From a bacterium (GTDB taxonomy: Bacteria; Desulfobacterota; GWC2-55-46; DRQE01), in NCBI GenBank assembly GCA_027017505.1, contig JALUQR010000049.1, positions 1 through 36,480 on the forward strand: a stretch of DNA of 36,480 nt. The letters are read 5' to 3'. A program made the position numbers and the translations under genes. Of the stretch, positions 1 through 8,258 are shown piece by piece (positions within the stretch are counted from its first letter, which is position 1; every line of letters starts with the position of its first letter). The notes beneath the pieces are model-generated. The model ran no database searches. It was not told the DNA's origin and worked only from the letters and a program-made list of their open reading frames with translations.

Positions 1-409
1 GTGCTATGGATGCAGATGCCACGGGTTTTCTCTGAAACTCCCTGAAGGCCTTCTTAAGGGGCATCTTTAAGGAGCTTTCTACCACCTTTTTGACCTCTGA
101 AAACCCCACTGGAGGCACTGCATCCTGCAGTTTCTTGAGCTCCTCTATAAGGTCTGGTGGAAAGATGTCTGCCCTTGTGGATGCGACCTGGCCGAGTTTT
201 ATAAAGGTGGGCCCAAGTTCCTCCAGCACACATCTTACCCGCTCCGCTGTGGTAAGCCCCTTGGCAGGCCTGCCCCAGGCAAGAATCCTCTTGAAAAAGG
301 AGAAAAAGGGCACAATCTTAAGCTCTGCAACAAGCCATCCAAACCCGTAGCGAACCAGTATGGTTATGATTCTGTTAAGCCTTACTATGTTTCTCAGGGC
401 ATGAAACAT
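1..409 (-). CDS. ubiB: ABC1/UbiB-family atypical kinase, N-terminal part only (gene runs off the left window edge)
   Basis: Absent from the ORF track because it is truncated by the window edge. Reverse-strand ATG at 409, open down to base 2. Translation MFHALRNIVRLNRIITILVRYGFGWL...AERVRCVLEELGPTFIKLGQVASTRADIFPPDLIEELKKLQDAVPPVGF carries the conserved ABC1/UbiB N-terminal signature (LGP.FIK.GQ..STR.D.FP......L..LQD.VPP). It lies 20 nt downstream of the phasin-like gene on the same strand. Confidence 0.8.
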   Translation of the reverse strand, partial: MFHALRNIVRLNRIITILVRYGFGWLVAELKIVPFFSFFKRILAWGRPAKGLTTAERVRCVLEELGPTFIKLGQVASTRADIFPPDLIEELKKLQDAVPPVGFSEVKKVVESSLKMPLKKAFREFQRKPVASASIA

Positions 410-429
410 AAAACTCTCTTAAGGCAGGA

Positions 430-837
430 TTAATCCATGTGTTTTTTGGCCTTCTTCTCCAGGGTCTCGAGTTTTTTCTCAAGCTCATCCACCTTTTCTC
501 GGGCAAGCTGTGCCATCTCCTTTACCACTTCGAGCTCCTCACGGGTTGCAAGGTTGAGCCTTTCTGCAAGCTCCTCCGTGGAGGAGGATATAACCCCTGT
601 AAGTTTTTCCTTGCCCTCCTTAAGAACCATAAGCAGGTCTTTAAGTGTCTTTGTTACATCCTCCACTATCACATTCTCCAGCTGTTGGGCTGGTGAGAGC
701 TCTTCTCCCCCCTGCCTGGATGTATCTGCCTTTTCTTTACTCTCCCTGCCCTTTTTTTCAAGCTCGGTTACAAGCTCTTTGAGCTTTTTTTCAAGCCCCA
801 GACCGATAAGGATTGCCCTGTCAATAAAGTCTACCAT
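430..837 (-). CDS. phasin-family / coiled-coil protein (COG3937-like)
   Basis: 135-aa ORF, strongly Glu/Lys/Leu-rich with heptad-like spacing. The N-terminal ..DRAILIGLGL.. and C-terminal LNLATREELEVVKEMAQLAREKVDELEKKLETLEKK resemble the phasin/PHA-regulator family. The start overlaps the ubiV-like stop by 7 nt, which suggests operon coupling. Confidence 0.6.
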   Translation of the reverse strand: MVDFIDRAILIGLGLEKKLKELVTELEKKGRESKEKADTSRQGGEELSPAQQLENVIVEDVTKTLKDLLMVLKEGKEKLTGVISSSTEELAERLNLATREELEVVKEMAQLAREKVDELEKKLETLEKKAKKHMD

Positions 838-1745
838 TGGATTACCTCCTGGATTTTTGATATACCGTAATAGTCCTTACCAGCCCTGCCAAGGAACCAG
901 CCGTTTACAAACTGTTCACCTCCGTAGAGGCGCTCAAGCTCTCTTATTGCGTCCTCTGGCAGGAGCCCGTTCTGAAAGGTGTTTTTATAGATTTCCAGGG
1001 TGCGGGGGGTGTGGCTCGGATGGGGATATATTCGCAGTGCTCCCACAGGGATCTGTCTTATCTGGTTGGCAAGTTCTGCCAGTGCGATGACCCTTGCACT
1101 CAGTATGGATGTGCCGTTTATGTTGAAGACCCTTTCACCATCGAGGGTCTTAATCTCCATTCCCTCTGGCCACTGTGAGCACTGGTTTTTACAGTGTTTT
1201 CTTTTAAGCCCCTGGGTCCTCAGGGTGTAACACCTCCAGGAGAACGCAAGGGGCACCCTGCCGTGCACTATGAGCTCTCCAAGGATGCCTGTTTTATCTA
1301 TGATGTGTCTTATGGAGTCTGCAGGCAGTTCCACGGGAAAGACCACCCTTTTTATACCCCTGCTCATTAGAAACTCCACTGCCATGTGGTTGTAGACCTC
1401 AAGGTGGGGTCCGGCTATCACCTCTTTTTGGGTGCCATCTGCCATGTTCAGCACAGCCATGTCATTTGCCTCCACAGGATAGGGTAGTGCCAGAAGGGCG
1501 TCTATGTAGCCGAGCTCTTCCCTTCCTGCAACTATGGCAGGGGTTGAAAGTATCACCTTTTTACCCCTTTTGCTCAGGCTGTCTGCAATGTCCTCTATGT
1601 CCCTTACGCTGAGCCCCTCTCTTTTTGTGCATATCACCTCGCCTATGTAGACCGTATCTGCGGGGCTATCTGCAATTGACTGGTAGAATCTCAAAAAGGC
1701 CTCTTTATTCCAGTTGAAAAGGACTGGTCCAACACAAAGCTCCAT
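831..1745 (-). CDS. ubiV: peptidase-U32-family Fe-S protein, UbiV-like (O2-independent quinone hydroxylation)
   Basis: 304-aa ORF with U32-family sequence character. Cys39 plus Cys172-X12-Cys185-X3-Cys189 matches the ligand spacing I recall for E. coli UbiV (C39, C180, C193, C197). It sits 2 nt downstream of the UbiU-like partner. Confidence 0.75.
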   Translation of the reverse strand: MELCVGPVLFNWNKEAFLRFYQSIADSPADTVYIGEVICTKREGLSVRDIEDIADSLSKRGKKVILSTPAIVAGREELGYIDALLALPYPVEANDMAVLNMADGTQKEVIAGPHLEVYNHMAVEFLMSRGIKRVVFPVELPADSIRHIIDKTGILGELIVHGRVPLAFSWRCYTLRTQGLKRKHCKNQCSQWPEGMEIKTLDGERVFNINGTSILSARVIALAELANQIRQIPVGALRIYPHPSHTPRTLEIYKNTFQNGLLPEDAIRELERLYGGEQFVNGWFLGRAGKDYYGISKIQEVIQW

Positions 1746-1747
1746 CT

Positions 1748-2755
1748 TTACTTCTCCACATAGCAGGCAAGGGTCTGGGTTGTGCCCTCGAAGGTTCTTA
1801 TCGCACGGTTAAGCCATTCTTCTTTTACCCTGTAGTGGTGGGGATTTTTCTCGTATTCTTCTATTGCCTCTTTCATTATGCGTGTGAGCTCCTTTATGTA
1901 AGCCCTTGTGCGCTGTCTGCCCTCTATCTTGAAGGCACATACCCCTGCATCCACAAGCTGTGGCAGAAGCTCCACCACATTGAGGGATGCAGGCTCCTCT
2001 ATGGGATAGGAGGTGGAGCCATCTGGCAGGATGTATCTGCCCTTACAGCAGGTGGGATAGGGGCTTGGCTCACCAGAGGCAAGTTTGTTGAGAAGCACCC
2101 CGTTGAGCCTTATGGAGAGGTTATCAGCGGTGTCTGTGGAAAACTCCACAAACCTTGAGGGCGAGCACGCCCCCTCTGTGTTGGTGGATGCACCTGTAAC
2201 AAAACTTGAAAGAAAGCATCTGCCCTCTATGTTTATGCACAGCCCGCCCGCAATGAAGACCTCAAGCTCCACATCGGTGTTCTGACGGATGTATCTTATC
2301 TCCTCAAGGGTTACGACCCTCGGAAGAATCACCCTTTTTATGTTGAAGTGTTTCCTGTAGAAGTTGATACTCTCATGGTTTGATGAGCTTGCCTGCACGC
2401 TCAGGTGTATTGTCTGGTGGGGATATTTTTTGCGTGCGTAGGAGAGCATTCCCAGGTCTGCAAGTATTATGGCATCCACTCCCAGGCAGACCGCCCTGTC
2501 CACAGCGGTCTGCCAGCGTGTGAAGTCATCTTTTTGCGGGAAGGTGTTTATCGCAAGGTAGAGTTTTTTCCCCCTCTGATGGAGGTATCTGAGCCCTTCC
2601 TGGAGGTCGCGTTCTGTGAAGTTCAGCCCCTCGAAGTTTCTTGCATTGGTCTGGTCCTTGAATCCCGCATAGACGCTGTCTGCCCCGCTATCTGCAGCGG
2701 CCTTGAGAGAGGCAAGATTACCTGCAGGTGCCACCAGTTCAGCCTTTTTGCCCAC
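1748..2755 (-). CDS. ubiU: peptidase-U32-family Fe-S protein, UbiU-like
   Basis: 335-aa ORF with a GTG start. The N-terminus ELVAPAGNLASLKAAADSGADSVYAG is typical of the U32 family. Cys173-X6-Cys180-X16-Cys197-X38-Cys236 is the same spacing as E. coli UbiU C169/C176/C193/C232, as recalled. Confidence 0.75.
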   Translation of the reverse strand: MGKKAELVAPAGNLASLKAAADSGADSVYAGFKDQTNARNFEGLNFTERDLQEGLRYLHQRGKKLYLAINTFPQKDDFTRWQTAVDRAVCLGVDAIILADLGMLSYARKKYPHQTIHLSVQASSSNHESINFYRKHFNIKRVILPRVVTLEEIRYIRQNTDVELEVFIAGGLCINIEGRCFLSSFVTGASTNTEGACSPSRFVEFSTDTADNLSIRLNGVLLNKLASGEPSPYPTCCKGRYILPDGSTSYPIEEPASLNVVELLPQLVDAGVCAFKIEGRQRTRAYIKELTRIMKEAIEEYEKNPHHYRVKEEWLNRAIRTFEGTTQTLACYVEK

Positions 2756-2829
2756 TTCTGTAAATAACCCCCTTTAAGCCAGAGTCGGGTTTACAGGACA
2801 GACAGAGGTTTGCCGAGCACTTATGATGG

Positions 2830-3243
2830 TTAGAAGGGTATATCATCGAGTTCTGGCGGGCTCTGTTCTGTTTCTGTGGCTCTGTTTTCTTCAGCCTGGA
2901 CTTCCCTGTCCTCGGGTTTTCCGAGCATCTGCATGGTGGTGGCCACTATTTCTGTGGTGTAGCGTTTGATGCCGTCTTTGTCCTCCCACTGGCGTGTCTG
3001 AAGCCTTCCCTCTATGTAAATCTGTTTGCCCTTTGAGAGGTGCTCTCCGCATATTTCTGCGAGTCTGCCGAAGGCCACCACCCTGTGCCATTCGGTTCGT
3101 GCCTCGCGCTGGCCGTCCTTGTTCGTCCAGTTCTCTGTGGTCGCAAGCCTCAGGTTCGCAACCGCAATCCCACCAGGTGTGTACCTTATCTCAGGGTCAG
3201 CTCCGAGATTGCCTATAAGGATTACCTTGTTTACACCTGCCAC
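2830..3243 (-). CDS. ssb: single-stranded DNA-binding protein
   Basis: OB-fold SSB sequence ([36 protein letters not shown]...E.TEWHRVV.FGRLAEI) with the canonical acidic tail ending DDIPF. The track ORF starts at ATG 3300. I prefer GTG 3243 ([14 protein letters not shown]), which has an AAAGGGGGG Shine-Dalgarno about 8 nt upstream. A promoter-like element lies inside the 3244-3300 extension. Confidence 0.9.
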   Translation of the reverse strand: MAGVNKVILIGNLGADPEIRYTPGGIAVANLRLATTENWTNKDGQREARTEWHRVVAFGRLAEICGEHLSKGKQIYIEGRLQTRQWEDKDGIKRYTTEIVATTMQMLGKPEDREVQAEENRATETEQSPPELDDIPF

Positions 3244-3271
3244 AGCACACTCCCCCCTTTTATAAGTTCTA

Positions 3272-3300
3272 AATGTATCACCACCGTGGATAAAGTTCAA
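3272..3300 (-). promoter_or_regulatory. candidate sigma70-type promoter for ssb (extended -10)
   Basis: Reverse strand reads TTGAAC-17 nt-TACATT, with TG immediately upstream of the -10 (TGaTACATT). It is placed about 30 nt upstream of the GTG 3243 start and its SD. Confidence 0.4.
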
Positions 3301-3322
3301 GAGTTTTGTTTTTCGGTTTCAC

Positions 3323-3351
3323 TTGACACCATCAGCAGGTTTACTTATCAT
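3323..3351 (+). promoter_or_regulatory. candidate sigma70-type promoter for htpX
   Basis: Perfect TTGACA (3323-3328), 17-nt spacer, TATCAT (3346-3351). GGAGGGG SD at 3375-3381 and ATG at 3391. Confidence 0.45.
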
Positions 3352-3390
3352 TAAAATATAAAATACTGCATTTGGAGGGGATGAAAGATT

Positions 3391-4236
3391 ATGGGGTATC
3401 TGAGAACAGTAATATTCCTTGCGGCACTTACAGCGTTACTCATATTCCTTGGAGACCTTATAGGCGGTAGAGAGGGAGCCATAATAGGGCTGATCTTTGC
3501 TGGAATAATGAACTTTGGCTCCTACTGGTTCAGTGACAAGATAGTGCTTGCCATGTACGGTGCAAGGGAGGTTACAGAAAGCGAGGCACCAGAGCTCTAC
3601 CGCACGGTAAGGGAGCTTTCCCGGAGGGCGGGGCTACCCATGCCAAAGGTCTACATGATACACACCGAAACACCCAACGCCTTCGCAACAGGCAGAAACC
3701 CCGAGCATTCTGCGGTGGCTGTAACAAGCGGTATAATGAGGCTTCTTTCAAGAGAGGAGCTTGCAGGCGTTATAGCCCATGAACTAAGCCACATAAAAAA
3801 CCGTGATGTGCTGATTTCCACCATCGCTGCAACCATTGCAGGTGCAATAAGCTATCTCTCGCACATGGCACTGTGGTTCTCCATGTTCGGCGGAAGGGAC
3901 AACAGAGAGGGTGCAAACCCCTTTGTGCTCCTGGTTATGCTCATAATAGCTCCCATAGCAGCACTCCTCATACAGATGGCCATATCAAGGTCAAGGGAGT
4001 TTGTTGCAGACAAGGATGGTGCCCAGATAGTGGGCAACCCCCTTTACCTTGCGGATGCACTGCGCAAGCTGGGCTACTACAACAGGCGCATACCCATGCA
4101 CGATGTTAACGAGGCAACCGCACATATGTTCATAGTAAGCCCGCTCAGTGGCGATACCATGATGAAGCTGTTCAGCACACACCCACCCCTTGAAGAAAGG
4201 ATAAAGAGGCTCGAGGCAATGGCACTCTCAAGATAA
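3391..4236 (+). CDS. htpX: M48-family zinc metalloprotease HtpX
   Basis: 281 aa with N-terminal TM helices, [20 protein letters not shown], the HELSH zinc motif ([11 protein letters not shown]), two further TM helices, and C-terminal [11 protein letters not shown]. Collinear with the HtpX family throughout. Confidence 0.92.
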   Translation: MGYLRTVIFLAALTALLIFLGDLIGGREGAIIGLIFAGIMNFGSYWFSDKIVLAMYGAREVTESEAPELYRTVRELSRRAGLPMPKVYMIHTETPNAFATGRNPEHSAVAVTSGIMRLLSREELAGVIAHELSHIKNRDVLISTIAATIAGAISYLSHMALWFSMFGGRDNREGANPFVLLVMLIIAPIAALLIQMAISRSREFVADKDGAQIVGNPLYLADALRKLGYYNRRIPMHDVNEATAHMFIVSPLSGDTMMKLFSTHPPLEERIKRLEAMALSR

Positions 4237-4266
4237 AAGCTGTGTACAGTTCAGGTAAGTCCTTCT

Positions 4267-4310
4267 GCCAGGGGCATCTTCCCTGAAGATGCCCCTGGCT
4301 TTTTTCTTTC
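4267..4310 (+). terminator. rho-independent terminator downstream of htpX
   Basis: Perfect inverted repeat GCCAGGGGCATCTTC / GAAGATGCCCCTGGC (4267-4281 and 4285-4299) with a 3-nt loop, followed directly by TTTTTTCTTTC. Confidence 0.8.
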
Positions 4311-4313
4311 AAA

Positions 4314-4342
4314 TGGTCTTTTGCGGGGTGTTCTGGTATACT
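4314..4342 (+). promoter_or_regulatory. weak candidate promoter (extended -10) for the FAD oxidoreductase gene
   Basis: TGgTATACT extended -10 at 4334-4342. The -35 at 4314-4319 is poor (TGGTCT). Located between the htpX terminator and the AGGAGGG SD at 4367-4373. Confidence 0.3.
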
Positions 4343-4378
4343 CTTACGGGATGAACCCCTTATCAAGAGGAGGGCCCT

Positions 4379-5713
4379 GTGAGGGAATACGATGTGATAA
4401 TAGTGGGTGCAGGCCCTGCGGGCATATTCTGTGCATACGAGCTTTCAAAAAACGGGGGGCTTAAGGTGCTCATCCTTGAGAAGGGCGGAGACCTTCCTGA
4501 AAGAAAAAGGGAGGAGCTCTTCAGTGGCTGGGGTGGTGCAGGTGCGTTCAGCGATGGCAAGCTGAATCTGTCCGCAGAGGTGGGTGGTTTCCTCAAGGAG
4601 TATATTGAAGAACCCCTTCTCAATGAGCTTATAGACTATGTGGATGGCCTATTTGTGAGCATGGGGGCTCCCTCAGAGCTTAAGGGCACAGACCAGAGAG
4701 AGCTCAAACACATCGAGGAGGCATCCGCACGGGTGGGGCTTAAGTTCATACCCTTCAGGATAAGACACATAGGCACAGACCGCTGTATAGAGGTGCTTAA
4801 AAACTTAAGGGATGCACTCTCTGGCAGGGTTGATATGGCCTTCCACAGAGATGCAGAGGAGGTGCTGACAGACCATAAGGGGCTCTGGAGGGTAAGGTGC
4901 AGGGGTGGAGAGGAGTACATGGCCACTTTTGTTGTGCTTGCCCCTGGAAGAAGCGGGGCAGGCTGGCTTGAAGGGGTTGCAAAGGCACTGGGACTTTCCA
5001 CTGCAATAAACCCCGTGGATGTGGGCGTAAGGGTTGAGGTGCCAGCATCCGTGTTAAGCCACATAACTGATATTGCACACGAGGCAAAGTTCGTCTACAC
5101 ATCCCGGCTCTTTGACGACCAGGTAAGAACCTTCTGCATGAACCCCCACGGAGTGGTGGTAAGGGAAAGACACCGTGGTTTCTACACCGTTAATGGACAC
5201 AGCTACAGCCACAGGCTTACTGAAAACACCAACTTTGCAATCCTTGTGTCCACCACATTTACCGAGCCATTTCACGAGCCCCATACCTACGGCAGATACC
5301 TTGCAGGGCTTGCAAACCTTCTTGGTGGAGACATACTGCTCCAGAGGCTTGGAGACCTGAGGGGTGGAAGACGCTCCACCCCTGAAAGGATAAGGCGCAA
5401 TCCCCTCAGGCCAACCCTTGAGGATGCAACCCCTGGAGACCTCTCATTTGTGCTACCCTACAGGTGCCTTACCGATATACTTGAGATGCTCGAGACCCTT
5501 GATAAGATTGCCCCTGGAGTGAATGCAACGAGCACGCTCCTTTACGGGGTGGAGGTGAAGTTCTACTCCTTAAGGCTCAAGCTTTCAGAGAGGCTTGAGA
5601 CAGAGCGGAAAAACCTCTTTGCAGCAGGCGACGGGGCAGGCATAACAAGGGGTATAGTGCAGTCTGCAGTGTCAGGGATTGTTACAGCAAGGAGCATACT
5701 TGAGAGGGTTTGA
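4379..5713 (+). CDS. FAD-dependent oxidoreductase (COG2509-like uncharacterised FAD/NAD dehydrogenase)
   Basis: 444 aa with a GTG start and a strong SD. N-terminal Rossmann dinucleotide motif DVIIVGAGPAGIFCA..L......V.ILEKG, C-terminal AAGDGAG.TRGI motif, and overall COG2509-like length and layout. Confidence 0.8.
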   Translation: MREYDVIIVGAGPAGIFCAYELSKNGGLKVLILEKGGDLPERKREELFSGWGGAGAFSDGKLNLSAEVGGFLKEYIEEPLLNELIDYVDGLFVSMGAPSELKGTDQRELKHIEEASARVGLKFIPFRIRHIGTDRCIEVLKNLRDALSGRVDMAFHRDAEEVLTDHKGLWRVRCRGGEEYMATFVVLAPGRSGAGWLEGVAKALGLSTAINPVDVGVRVEVPASVLSHITDIAHEAKFVYTSRLFDDQVRTFCMNPHGVVVRERHRGFYTVNGHSYSHRLTENTNFAILVSTTFTEPFHEPHTYGRYLAGLANLLGGDILLQRLGDLRGGRRSTPERIRRNPLRPTLEDATPGDLSFVLPYRCLTDILEMLETLDKIAPGVNATSTLLYGVEVKFYSLRLKLSERLETERKNLFAAGDGAGITRGIVQSAVSGIVTARSILERV

Positions 5714-5717
5714 GCAT

Positions 5718-6452
5718 ATGGGAGATTTCAGATATGTGGACATAGTGCTCGTTGAGCCCCAGGGTGCCCATAACATGGGTAGCTGTGCGAGGGTTCTAAA
5801 GAACACGGGGTTTGAAAACCTCGTGCTTGTAAACCCCGCAGAGTTCAGAAACGATGATGCCTATTCCATGGCCTGCAAGGCAAAGGACCTTCTGCTTAAG
5901 GCACGGGTCTGTAAAGACATAGATGAGGCACTCAGGGATGTAAGGTTCGTTGCAGGTACCACCAGAAGAAGGGGTAAACTGCGTGAGCCACTTCTCACCA
6001 TGGACGAGGCCCTGCCAGTAATCTACGACAGAAGCCGTAAGAACAGGGTCGCAATACTTTTCGGCAGGGAAGACAGAGGGCTTGAAAACCCCGTGCTTGC
6101 CCGCTGTGATATACTGTTTGAGATACCCTCGGATGACGCCTATCCATCGCTTAATCTTTCGCATGCGGTGATGGTGGTCTGCCATAATCTTTTCATGATG
6201 AGTGGAAAAAGGCCAGAACACGCAATAGTTGCCTGCAGTAGAGAGGATGTGGAAAGGATGTACGAACACCTTGAGAGGGTGCTGAGAATGCTTGGCTACG
6301 GAGACCCTGACAGAAAGGGCGAATTCCTTCTTGAAAGTGTAATGAGGAACTTCCGCAAGCTCTTTGGCAGAACCTCGCTTATGAAAAAAGAGGTGAACAT
6401 GATAAGGGGAATACTTACAAGGATAGAGAAGAGATGTCAGGAAGGGGATTGA
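5718..6452 (+). CDS. trmJ: SpoU/TrmH-class RNA 2'-O-methyltransferase, TrmJ-like
   Basis: IVLVEPQGAHNMGSCARVLKNTGFENLVLVNP is close to the TrmJ N-terminus, and ILFGREDRGL......C......IP......SLNLSHAV is the SPOUT knot motif. The track ORF starts at 5679 and overlaps the upstream gene. ATG 5718 (MGDFRYVDIVLVEP) fits the family N-terminus better. Confidence 0.7.
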   Translation: MGDFRYVDIVLVEPQGAHNMGSCARVLKNTGFENLVLVNPAEFRNDDAYSMACKAKDLLLKARVCKDIDEALRDVRFVAGTTRRRGKLREPLLTMDEALPVIYDRSRKNRVAILFGREDRGLENPVLARCDILFEIPSDDAYPSLNLSHAVMVVCHNLFMMSGKRPEHAIVACSREDVERMYEHLERVLRMLGYGDPDRKGEFLLESVMRNFRKLFGRTSLMKKEVNMIRGILTRIEKRCQEGD

Positions 6453-6964
6453 CCCTGTGAGTGTTTTTTCCTTTCAAGCCTTAAAAAGAGGTTGTCGGGC
6501 TCACTGTCGCGTATCTTTCTTAACTCCACACCGAGCACAAGCAGTGCCAGTATGGTGAGCACCACACCCGCATAGAATAGCACCAGAACCTTTACACCAC
6601 CCAGCACACCCTCTATGGTGTTGAAGGAGGGAAAGAGCTTAAGATAGCTTGTTCTTATGGTGTCGCCTTTGTTGACACGCTCGAAGAACTCCCTTGCAAC
6701 CATACGCTCGTCCCTGATGGTGTTGCCCTGGCTGTCCTTGAAGGAATAAACTATGGTGTAGACCACACCCCTTCGCATAAATCTGTCTGCCCGTTTTTCA
6801 AGCACAGTGCCCTCGGTGTGCACACCAAACTTTTCGGGCAGTACCATATAGGATGCAAAGTAGCTTCCCACAATAAGATGCAGGAGGGCTGTTGTGAGAA
6901 AAAATCCACCCCAGTGGATGGTGAAAAATGCCCGAAGAAACTTTGAAATCCTAAACCCCTCCAT
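6437..6964 (-). CDS. DUF3592-like membrane protein (TM - beta-rich domain - TM)
   Basis: Hydrophobic helix FFLTTALLHLIVGSYFASYMVL, then HTEGTVLEK...VVYTIVYSFKDSQGNTIRDE.......GDTIRTSYLKLFP, then a second helix VLVLFYAGVVLTILALLVLGV. This is the DUF3592 pattern as I recall it. The start is taken at the internal Met (MEGFRISK, 6964). The track start at 7003 would overlap the divergent gene. Confidence 0.55.
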   Translation of the reverse strand: MEGFRISKFLRAFFTIHWGGFFLTTALLHLIVGSYFASYMVLPEKFGVHTEGTVLEKRADRFMRRGVVYTIVYSFKDSQGNTIRDERMVAREFFERVNKGDTIRTSYLKLFPSFNTIEGVLGGVKVLVLFYAGVVLTILALLVLGVELRKIRDSEPDNLFLRLERKKHSQGQSPS

Positions 6965-7030
6965 GATAGAATCAATTATAATACATGGCAGATGTGGAAT
7001 CAATTCAAAAGGGTTTTTGAGGGTTACTCC

Positions 7031-8128
7031 ATGGCAGACTGTCTTTTCTGTACAAAGAGCTCATCCCTTATAGCAGAGGTGCTGGGGGTATGTGCGGATT
7101 GCATAAGAGCTGGCAGGCAGGAGGTGCTTGACCACATAAGAAGGGTTCACAGGACCACAAGGGCCTTAAGCGGGCTTCCTGAAGAGCCTCCAGAGGATGA
7201 AGGTGGACTGCCCTGCAGACTCTGTGTGAATGGCTGTGTTATAGGAGAGGGTAGAAGGGGCTACTGCGGGGTAAGGGTTAACAGCGATGGCAGACTCTGT
7301 GAAGGGGGCAACCTTACATGGTATTACGATGCACTGCCCACAAACTGTGTTGCAGGATGGTTCTGCCCTGCAACCACGGGGTGTGGATACCCCAGATACG
7401 CACTGAAAGAGGACGGCGAGTGGGGCTACAGAAACCTTGCGGTATTCTACAACGGATGCAGTTTCGATTGCCTGTTCTGCCAGAACTGGCAGTGGAAAAA
7501 AGGAGTATTCGAAAAACACCACATAAGAAGCGAAGAGCTTGCCAGCTGTGTGGACGAGAGGACAACCTGTATATGCTTTTTTGGAGGAGACCCCACCCCG
7601 CAGATACCCCATGCTCTTAAAACCTGCGAGATAGCCCAGAGGATAAAAAAACTGCCTGTGCTCAGGATATGCTGGGAGACCAACGGCTCCATGGATAAGG
7701 CCCTGTGCGTTAAGATGATGGAGACAGCCCTCCGTACAGGTGGCATCGTTAAGTTCGACCTCAAGGCCTACTCAGAAGCACTCCACATTGCACTTACAGG
7801 TGTGACCAACAGAAGGACCCTTGAGAACTTCTTACGGGCTGGAGAACTTCTTGAGAGGCGAAAAGAACCACCCCCTCTTACAGCAAGCACCCTTCTTGTG
7901 CCAGGCTATGTGGATGCAGAAGAGGTTGAGGCCATAGCCCGATTCATGGCAGACATAGACCCCACAATACCCTATTCTCTCCTTGCCTTCTATCCCGCAC
8001 ACCACCTTAAAGACCTTCCACCAACCTCACGCAAACACGCTGAAAGATGCAAAGATGTGGCCCTTGCCCAGGGGCTTAAAAGGGTCAATGTGGGTAACAC
8101 ACACCTTCTGGGAGACTACTACGACTGA
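7031..8128 (+). CDS. radical SAM protein (PflA/AmmeMemoRadiSam-related, COG1180-like) with an N-terminal Cys-rich region
   Basis: CxxxCxxC radical-SAM cluster motif GCSFDCLFCQNW. Upstream are Cys-rich segments (CLFC...CADC, CRLCVNGC...GYCGVR), and a FFGGDPTP glycine-rich SAM motif is present. Start taken at MADCLFC (7031); the track start is 6992. Confidence 0.8.
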   Translation: MADCLFCTKSSSLIAEVLGVCADCIRAGRQEVLDHIRRVHRTTRALSGLPEEPPEDEGGLPCRLCVNGCVIGEGRRGYCGVRVNSDGRLCEGGNLTWYYDALPTNCVAGWFCPATTGCGYPRYALKEDGEWGYRNLAVFYNGCSFDCLFCQNWQWKKGVFEKHHIRSEELASCVDERTTCICFFGGDPTPQIPHALKTCEIAQRIKKLPVLRICWETNGSMDKALCVKMMETALRTGGIVKFDLKAYSEALHIALTGVTNRRTLENFLRAGELLERRKEPPPLTASTLLVPGYVDAEEVEAIARFMADIDPTIPYSLLAFYPAHHLKDLPPTSRKHAERCKDVALAQGLKRVNVGNTHLLGDYYD

Positions 8129-8229
8129 AAACCCCTTCCCACAGACCACAATACCCCTCTGTAACCCCCGCGTGTAAACCAGACTCCCGAATTTTGCCCA
8201 TATTTTCTGGCAAACCCCTGCTTTTGGTC

Positions 8230-8258
8230 TTGACATGCAATGTAAATGGTGGTAAAAA
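8230..8258 (+). promoter_or_regulatory. candidate sigma70-type promoter (extended -10) for the eCIS operon
   Basis: Perfect TTGACA (8230-8235), 17-nt spacer, TGgTAAAAA extended -10 (8250-8258). It lies about 110 nt upstream of the first eCIS gene, in an AT-rich 243-nt intergenic region. Confidence 0.35.

Noticed and set aside
90-350. 86-aa plus-strand ORF at the left edge
   Set aside because: It lies entirely antisense to the well-supported ubiB N-terminal coding region (reverse-strand ATG at 409). The composition is Ser/Pro-rich with no family motif, so it is a shadow ORF.
437-1090. 217-aa plus-strand ORF (and the 85-aa ORF at 439-696)
   Set aside because: Both are antisense to the phasin-like and ubiV-like genes. 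The Ser/Phe-rich low-complexity translation is typical of the reverse complement of Glu/Lys/Leu-rich coding sequence.
3244-3300. 19-codon N-terminal extension of ssb (ATG 3300 start in the ORF track)
   Set aside because: The extension ([19 protein letters not shown]) is not SSB-like. It contains a TTGAAC-17-TGaTACATT promoter-like element and the AAAGGGGGG SD that serves GTG 3243. The shorter gene begins MAGVNKV..., like canonical SSBs.
8137-8145. 9-bp direct repeat TCCCACAGA flanking the eCIS operon (8137-8145 and 33438-33446), a possible att-like island boundary
   Set aside because: For two intergenic regions of about 200 nt, roughly 0.2 such 9-mer matches are expected by chance. There is no integrase, tRNA or IS nearby. 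Codon usage in the operon looks the same as in the flanks by eye. This is not evidence of recent insertion.
8208-8221. Sigma54-like -24/-12 element (CTGGCAAACCCCTGCTT) upstream of the eCIS operon
   Set aside because: The GG-to-GC spacing is one nucleotide shorter than the strict TGGCAC-N5-TTGC geometry, and the -12 element reads CTGC rather than TTGC. I treat it as part of the TTTGCC/GGCAAA inverted repeat instead.
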